From NCBI RefSeq assembly GCF_006345805.1, contig NW_021825690.1, positions 1 to 14,741 on the forward strand: 14,741 nt of DNA. The letters run 5' to 3'. Of the stretch, positions 8,450 through 14,741 are shown in pieces (the first letter of the stretch is position 1; every line of letters begins with the position of its first letter). A model generated the notes under the pieces. It made no database searches, was not told the DNA's origin, and saw only the letters and a program-made list of their open reading frames with translations. Source of the stretch: Octopus sinensis (lineage: Eukaryota). The translations under genes were made by a program, and so were the position numbers.

Positions 8450-8620
8450 TCATATATATAAATCCATATATACAATATATATATATATATATATAATCCA
8501 TATATACAATATATATATATATATATATATATAAATCCATATATACAATATATATATGATAATACAGTATACAATATATACACACATATATATGTATGTG
8601 TGTGTGTGTGTGCACGTGTG
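8450..8620. repeat. (TA)/(TG) microsatellite with a triplicated aatccatatatacaata unit
   Basis: Unit at 8461, 8495, 8534. Confidence 0.85.
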
Positions 8621-8750
8621 TGTGTATTTCTCATTTAGTGTAGAGGAATATTATGTAAATATACTTTACATGATGTTTTTGTTGTGTTTAATAAACGTTG
8701 TTGTTGTTATTATTGTTATTATATTTTGTTATTATTATACACATATTTAG

Positions 8751-8957
8751 GGCAGCGAGCTGGTAGAATCGTTAGCACACCGGGCGAAATGCTTAGCGGT
8801 ATTTCGTCTGCCGCTACGTTCTGAGTTCAAATTCCGCCAAGGTCAACTTTGCCTTTCATCCTTTCGGGGTTAATAAGATAAGTACTAGTTATGCACTGGA
8901 GTCAATGTAATCCACAAGACCCCCTTCTCCCCAAAATTTTCGAGGCCTAGTGCCTAG
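8751..8957 (+). mobile_element. SINE family C copy 2
   Basis: tRNA-like head with B-box-like gagttcaaattcc, central gtcaactttgcctttcatcctttcgggg domain; tail truncated. Confidence 0.85.
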
Positions 8958-9110
8958 AATATATATATATATAGGAAAGAGGGTTTGAAACTGAAGAGGT
9001 CTTTTAGAGATACCGCTATATATATATAAAGGTAAAATGTAAAGCTTTTTATAAGCTTTGTTGTGTCAAAAAATGGTTATCATAATTGTATGAAAATACA
9101 GTTGCACAGT

Positions 9111-9713
9111 CTTTGTATGCTAGCATGGGTTGGACGGTTCAACTGGGGTCTGTGAAGCCAGAAGGCTGCATCAGGCCCAGTCTGATCTGGCAGTGTTTCT
9201 ACGGCTGTGCCCTCCTAACGCCAACCACTCCGTGAGTGTAGTGGATGCTTTTTATGTGCCACCCGTACAGGTGCCAGACGGAGCTGGAAAAACGGCCACT
9301 GGACAGATGGTGCTTTTTACGTGCCACCGCATGGGGGCCAGGCGAGGCTGGCAACGGCCATGAACAGATGGTGCTTTTTACGTGCCACCGGCACGAGGAC
9401 CAGGCGAGGCTGGCAACGGCCACGAACGGATGGTGCTACATGCCACTAGCACGGGGGCCAGGGGAGGCTGGCAACGGCCATGAACGGATGGTGCTACATG
9501 CCACTAGCACGGGGGCCAGGGGAGGCTGGCAACGGCCATGAACGTATGGTGCTTTTTACATGCCACCGGCATGGAGGCCAGTCGGGGCGGTGCTGGCAAC
9601 GGCCATAATCGGATGGTTCGCTTACTTATCACCGGCACTGGTATCACAGCTGCAATTTCCATTGATGTTGATCGACTTCGATTTTGGTTCTGCTTTCTGA
9701 TATCTGATTTGAT
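9111..9713 (-). mobile_element. Family B copy 6 (7 subrepeats, tail missing)
   Basis: Matches the other B copies; perfect internal 58-bp duplication 9424-9481/9482-9539. Confidence 0.88.
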
Positions 9714-9716
9714 ACG

Positions 9717-9760
9717 AAAATGTTATAAAAATGTTATAAAAATGTTATAAAAATGTTATA
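9717..9760. repeat. Perfect 4 x 11-bp tandem (aaaatgttata)
   Basis: Units at 9717, 9728, 9739, 9750. Confidence 0.95.
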
Positions 9761-10238
9761 AAATAGAATCTTTGACAAGGATAAGAAAATGTTAAATGGG
9801 GCTTTTTGTTTAAATAGTTTACATGAAAGTGTTCAAAATAGGTAGTAAAATAAATTTATAATTATTTTTTAAGTTCATCAAAAATCATGGTTGTATAGAT
9901 GTATATATACAGAAGGAATTATATTTAAGAATTTACACAGAATTTTAGATACACACACATATATACACACGAACACATTTACACATGTATATCAGCAAAT
10001 ATATACACATATCTTCTAACTTTCTTTCTGCCTCTAACTTACACACACACACACCACACTTGAATATACAAACACATGCACGTACATCCCACTTAATCTA
10101 TTGTTGCTATAACAACTAATCTCTGGTAATAGCAGCTTAACTAATCCCTCCTTGGACAATGACAAGTTAATCCATAGATACAGTAGCGAAATCTCTATTA
10201 AATCACACACACCCTACCATCTTAAATTAGGAAAAAAC

Positions 10239-10403
10239 ACATTACTCGATGTAGTCCTAGATACACTGTGCCAGTATAAAAGATTTGATGCTCACAAAAT
10301 TAGAACATCATTGATCATATGCTTGATAGATCTGGGTTAATCTAGTGCGAAACAACAAAAAGGAGGGATACATTAGATGATGTAATCCTAGGTACACTGT
10401 GCC
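10239..10403 (+). repeat. Imperfect 34-bp direct repeat pair, probably fragments of an old interspersed repeat
   Basis: 10239-10272 and 10370-10403 match at 29/34. Confidence 0.6.
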
Positions 10404-10499
10404 TGAATGACAGTGAGAGCACCTTTGAGTATAGGTCTGTCTGATCCTTGAAGAATTTCATTGAACAAATTATCTCCAGAATTTAATTTCTTTTTGAGC

Positions 10500-10680
10500 C
10501 TTATTCTATCAGTCCTTTATGCCAAACCGCTAAGTTGCAAGGATATAAACAAACCAACACTGGTTGTGAAGTGGTTTTTGGGAAACAAACACACACACAC
10601 ACACACAATTTTATATATTCTTTTCTCTTATTCTTTTATGTGTTTCAATCCTAAGGCTGTGGCCATGCTGGGGCACCACC
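10500..10680 (-). mobile_element. Two old family A fragments (internal part 10500-10606; tail 10620-10680)
   Basis: Reverse complements of cttagcggttcggcaaaagagaccgatagaataag and ggtgctccagcatggccgcag-like segments. Confidence 0.75.
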
Positions 10681-10719
10681 GATGTAATCACCTTTTCAAT
10701 GGCCAATTATATATATATA

Positions 10720-10860
10720 TTAGGTTGTCCCAAAAGTTCGTAAACACTTTCGAAAATTGAATTTTTACTCGCCAAGTACTAACAAAAACAACAAAAATTA
10801 TTCTTCAAAATAAAGACCATTATTTTCCAAGACATTCTACGAACTTTTGGGACAACCTTA
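10720..10860. mobile_element. Tc1/mariner-type MITE, 141 bp
   Basis: 23-bp TIRs (ttaggttgtcccaaaagttcgta) with 1 mismatch; TA on both sides inside a (TA)n tract; TTAGGTTG start resembles Hsmar1/MADE1-type ends. Confidence 0.88.
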
Positions 10861-10871
10861 TATATATATAT

Positions 10872-10940
10872 CCCTGAAAGTTTCAACTAAATTCATCCAG
10901 TGGTTCTTGAGATATCTTGTCCATGGACAAATAAACAAAA
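10872..10940 (+). mobile_element. Possible DINE-1/Helentron-like core fragment
   Basis: aagtttcaactaaattcatccagtggttcttgagatat resembles the core of such elements; no termini visible. Confidence 0.3.
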
Positions 10941-10945
10941 TAGGC

Positions 10946-11020
10946 CTTCTACTATAGACTTGGGCCAACCAAAGCCTCATCAGTGGATTTGGTAGATGGA
11001 AACTGAAAGAAGCTCATCGT
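10946..11020 (+). mobile_element. Family A 5'-half fragment (probable partner of 11931-12143)
   Basis: cttctactatag...gtggatttggtagatggaaactgaaagaagc followed by (TA)n. Confidence 0.8.
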
Positions 11021-11184
11021 ATATATATATATATATATATATAAATTAGAGATAAAACCTCTATTATGCAACTCAAACAGAGATAGAAATAAGCCAATAC
11101 ATAAAAAAAAAAATATATATTTTTATAAAACAAATAACTTATAACTAAATCTCAAAATGTATAAAATGAATTATCAATACTCCC

Positions 11185-11470
11185 TGGCCATTGCCAGCGC
11201 CGCCTTGACTGGCCTCCGTGCCGGTGGCACGTAAAAAGAACCGTCCGATTGTGGCCATTGCCAGCCTCGTCTGGCACCTGTGCAGGTGGCACATAAAAAG
11301 CACCCACTACACTCTCGGAGTGGTTGGCGTTAGGAAGGGCATCCAGCTGTAGAAACACTGCTAGATCAGACTGGGCCTGGCGCAGCCTTCTGGCTTCCCA
11401 GACCCCAGTTGAACCGTCCAACCCATGCTAGCATGGAAAACGGACGTTAAACGATGATGATGATGATGAT
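11185..11470 (+). mobile_element. Family B copy 7
   Basis: Subrepeats, intact box agtggttggcgttaggaagggcatccagctgtagaaac, (GAT)n tail. Confidence 0.9.
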
Positions 11471-11483
11471 ATATATACGTATA

Positions 11484-11926
11484 GGCGCAGGAGTGGCTGT
11501 GTGGTAAGTAGCTTGCTAACCAACCACATGGTTCCGGGTTCAGTCCCACTGCATGGCATCTTGGGCAAGTGTCTTCTGCTATAGCCCCGGGCCGACCAAA
11601 GCCTTGTGAGTGGATTTGGTAGATGGAAACTGAAAGAAGCCTGTCGTATATATGTATATATATATATAAATATATGTATATATATATGTGTGTGTGTATA
11701 TGTTTGTGTGTCTGTGTTTGTCCCCCTAGCAATGCTTGACAACCGATGCTGGTGTGTTTACGTCCCCGTTACTTAGCGGTTCGGCAAAAGAGACCGATAG
11801 AATAAGTACTGGGCTTACAAAAGAATAAGTCCCGGGGTCGAGTTGCTCGACTAAAGGCGGTGCTCCAGCATCGCCGCAGTCAAATAAATGACTGAAACAA
11901 GTAAAAGAGAAAAGAGAAAGAAAGAG
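11484..11926 (+). mobile_element. SINE family A, full-length young copy
   Basis: Complete head, internal microsatellite and tail. Confidence 0.92.
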
Positions 11927-11930
11927 TATA

Positions 11931-12143
11931 TGTTTGTGTATCTGTGTCTGTCTCCCCACCATCACTTCACAACCGATGCTGGTGTGTTTACGTCCCCGTA
12001 ACTTAGCGGTTCGGCAAAAAGGACAGATAGAATAAGTACTAGGCTTACAAAGAATAAGTCCTGGGGTCGATTTGTTCGGCTAAAGGCGGTGCTCCAGAAT
12101 GGCCGCAGTCGAATGACTGCGACAAATAAATGACTGAAAGAGT
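11931..12143 (+). mobile_element. Family A 3' half of an older copy
   Basis: Repeats the 3' half directly after the intact copy with different diagnostic bases (ccccaccatcac, gtaacttagc, aggcttac). Confidence 0.85.
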
Positions 12144-12171
12144 ACACTTCCAAAATGGGACTTCACCCATT

Positions 12172-12396
12172 TACAAATTTTCATCAAAAACTTCCGGGAC
12201 TGATGCTATAAAAAGAAAACCACAACACATAGTAATTCAGTATTTAATCTGCTTCAAAGTAGTCCCCCTCTGAAGCTACACCCTTTATCCCGGCACCCTT
12301 TTTTTTTCCATTGATGGAAGCATTCCTGAAACTCATTTTTTGGGGATAGTGAGTGTTGCATTCTCTCAGTTTTCTTCAATGTCTTGAAATCTCGTT
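12172..12396 (-). pseudogene. Mariner transposase C-terminal remnant with degenerate 3' TIR
   Basis: - strand translates, with frameshifts and one stop, as RFQDIEEN*ENAT / LTIPK / NEFQECFHQWKK / VASEGDYFEAD* (stop 12244-12246), matching the mariner C-terminal F..CF.QW..RW.KC+.S.G.YFE pattern; TIR-like sequence at ~12172-12202. Confidence 0.8.
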
Positions 12397-12554
12397 GGAT
12401 GGTCTTCCCCTGTGAAGACTGAGCCTTTGTTTACACACACACACACATATATACATATGGCTACCTCTGAAGAGCACAAGGTTACATAACTGGACTGTTA
12501 CCTTACACCCTGTTGAACACCTAGTGTGAAACCAATTGGTAAGCTCATCCATAT

Positions 12555-13082
12555 CATCATCATCATCATCATCATCATTTAGCGTCCGCTTTCCATGCTA
12601 GCATGGGTTGGACGGTTCAACTGGTGTCTGTGAAGCCAGAAGGCTGCATCAGGCCCAGTCTGATCTGGCCAGTGTTTCTACAGCTGGATTATGCGCTTCC
12701 TAACGCCAACCACTCCGTGAGTGTAGTGGGGCTTTTTTATGTGCCACCCGCACAGGTGCCAGGACGGAGCTGGCAAACGGCCACGGACGGATGGCTTTTT
12801 TTACGTGCCACCGGCACGGGGGCCAGCATGCTAGCAATGGCCACGAACGGATGGTGCTATGTTGCCACCGGCATTGGGGGGCCAGCGAGGCTGGCAACGG
12901 CCATGAACGGATGGTGCTTTTTACTGCCACCGGCACGGAAACCAGTCGGGGCGGCGCTGGCAACGGCCACGATCGGATGGTTCGCTTACTGTCAGGTCAC
13001 CGGCACTGGTATCACAGCTGCATTTCCATTGATGTTGATCGACTTCTCGATTTTGGTTCTGCTTTCTGATATCTGATTTGAT
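12555..13082 (-). mobile_element. Family B copy 8 (sister of copy 6)
   Basis: (CAT)n tail, box, 5 subrepeats, same 32-nt terminal sequence as copy 6. Confidence 0.88.
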
Positions 13083-13208
13083 TGTTTGAAAAATCATCCA
13101 TAATGGATATTGATATTGTACACTTCAATTAATATATGTGTGTATGTATATATATACTTTGATACTTTGATAGGTTTTGGCCATTATTGGCCCAGGCCAT
13201 GTCTAACT

Positions 13209-13227
13209 TAATAGCACCACCTGGTGC

Positions 13228-13232
<5 letters not shown>
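13209..13232. other. Perfect 11-bp inverted repeat (taatagcacca-cc-tggtgctatta)
   Basis: Arms 13209-13219 and 13222-13232 are exact reverse complements. Confidence 0.85.
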
Positions 13233-13257
<25 letters not shown>

Positions 13258-13258
<1 letters not shown>

Positions 13259-13664
13259 GCGCAGGAGTGGCTGTCTGGTAAGTAGCTTGCTAACCAACCA
13301 CATGGTTCGGGTTCAGTCCCACTGCGTGGCATCTTGGGCAAGTGTCTTCTGCTATAGCCCCGGGCCAACCAATGCCTTGTGGAGTGGATTGGTAGACGGA
13401 AACTGAAAGAAGCCTGTCGTATATATTAATATATATATATATGCGTGTGTGTTTGTGGGTCTGTGTGTTTCCCCCTAGCATTGCTTGACAACCGATGCTG
13501 GTGTGTTTACGTCCCCGTCACTTAGCGTTCGGCCAAAGAGACCGATAGAATAAGTACTTGGCTTACAAAGAATAAGTCCCGGGGGTCGATTTGCTCGACT
13601 AAAGGGGGTGCTCCAGCATGGCCGCAGTCAAATGACTGAAACAAGTAAAAGAGTAAAAGAGAGT
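13258..13664 (+). mobile_element. SINE family A, full-length copy with many 1-bp indels
   Basis: Same subfamily diagnostics as 11484-11926 (gctaacc, gccccggg, gcctgtcg). Confidence 0.9.
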
Positions 13665-13776
13665 ATATATATATATATGTATGTATACAGTCGCATGCAC
13701 ACACACACACACACACACAAACCAATTTATGCCATTTCATATAATATTGACACGCTTTCCTGGTTTTCACCCTCAG

Positions 13777-13840
13777 ATGAAGATGAAACTCAAGGAACAG
13801 TCTGCTGTGAAATCCTCGGAACCAAATGTAGGAACCGGAA
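13777..13840 (+). CDS. Candidate coding exon (xEDETQGTVCCEILGTKCRNR); 3' boundary uncertain
   Basis: Polypyrimidine acceptor ctttcctggttttcaccctcAG (13776), branch-like ttgac at 13747-13751, open phase-1 frame. Possible donors GTAGGA (13828), GTTAGT (13841) or GTGTGT further downstream. Confidence 0.5.
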
Positions 13841-13959
13841 GTTAGTTTACATAGAACAGGCGAACATTCGATCGGAACCATCACCTGATATTCCTTATGT
13901 CCGTGTGTCTGGTGGGAAGTGGCTTGCTATTCAGTTGTATATAGATTTCAAGATTTATT

Positions 13960-13974
<15 letters not shown>

Positions 13975-13992
<18 letters not shown>

Positions 13993-14741
13993 ATGTATGT
14001 ATGTATATATATAATATATATATATATGCTTAACTACATACATAAATTAACACACATATATATTTATATATATACCCACTTAAATTTATGTGTGTGTGTA
14101 TATATACATATATACCTATGTCTATAAGTAAAGTCTATAAAGATATGTTATATATATATATATATGTATATGTATGTGTGTATGTATGTATGTATATATA
14201 TATATATGCTTAACTACATATATAAATTAACACACATAGACACACACATATATATTTATATATATACCCACTTAAATTTATGTGTGTGTGTATATATACA
14301 TATATACCTATGTCTATAAGTAAAGTCTATAAAGATATGTTATATATATATATATATATATGTATATGTATGTGTGTATGTATGTATGTATATATAATAT
14401 ATGCTTAACTACATACATAAATTAACACACATAGACACACACATATATATTTATATATATACCCACTTAAATTTATGTGTGTGTGTATATATACATATAT
14501 ACCTATGTCTATAAATAAAGTCTATAAAGATATTTTATATATATATATATATATATATGTATATGTATGTATGTATGTATGTATATATTATAATATATAT
14601 GCTTAACTACATACATAAATAACAACATAGACACACACATATATATTTATATATATACCCACTTAAATTATGTGTGTGTGTATATATCCATATATACCTA
14701 TGTCTATAAGTAAAGTCTATAAAGATATGTTATATATATAT
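13975..14741. repeat. Tandem satellite of ~180-198-bp microsatellite-containing units, about 4 copies, runs off the window edge
   Basis: atgcttaactacata anchor at 14026, 14206, 14401, 14599; shared cccacttaaatttatg and cctatgtctataagtaaagtctataaagatat. Confidence 0.95.

Noticed and set aside
789-9640. CRISPR-like look of conserved gtgctttttacgtgcca motifs with variable linkers
   Set aside because: The linkers are homologous to each other, the arrays are internal to a eukaryotic retroelement, and there are no cas genes.
11043-11180. AT-rich segment as a possible additional repeat fragment
   Set aside because: No termini, second copy or motif in the window to support a call.
414-13330. tRNA genes at the SINE heads
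   Set aside because: Only A/B boxes are retained with no complete cloverleaf, and they continue into SINE bodies.
13777-13845. Short ATG ORF MKMKLKEQSAVKSSEPNVGTGS*
   Set aside because: The ATG lies immediately after a strong acceptor, and the phase-1 Cys-containing frame explains the segment better.
13885-13935. YVR-VSGG as a trypsin-type R|IVGG activation site
   Set aside because: Spacing to the next Trp does not fit the IVGG-x7-8-PW pattern and the frame runs into microsatellite; likely intronic.
259-14033. Most ORFs in the six-frame track (YIYI, VCVC, HTHT, CHRH-type translations)
   Set aside because: They are stop-free readings of microsatellites or of the A/B repeats and recur at each copy.

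Overview
AT-rich, repeat-dense eukaryotic DNA. The SINE/LINE families look like those of octopus (coleoid cephalopod); this is recognition from memory, not a database result. There are no prokaryotic features and no CRISPR array, and almost all ORFs in the supplied track come from microsatellites or repeats. Most of the window is nested mobile DNA: a tRNA-derived SINE with an internal (TA)/(TG) microsatellite (family A, about 7 copies or fragments), 5'-truncated RTE-like LINE 3' ends with (GAT)n tails and a ~58-bp hairpin minisatellite (family B, 8 copies, both orientations), a second tRNA-SINE (family C, 2 copies), two non-autonomous Helitrons, a TTAA piggyBac-type MITE, a mariner MITE, a mariner transposase remnant, a Penelope-like fragment carrying a degenerate minimal hammerhead ribozyme, and several tandem arrays. 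Three unique segments look like + strand exons (11-72, from 3763, from 13777). The first and last splice in frame into a CLIP-domain-like cysteine motif across a ~13.7-kb intron, which is the most interesting hypothesis here but is unverified.
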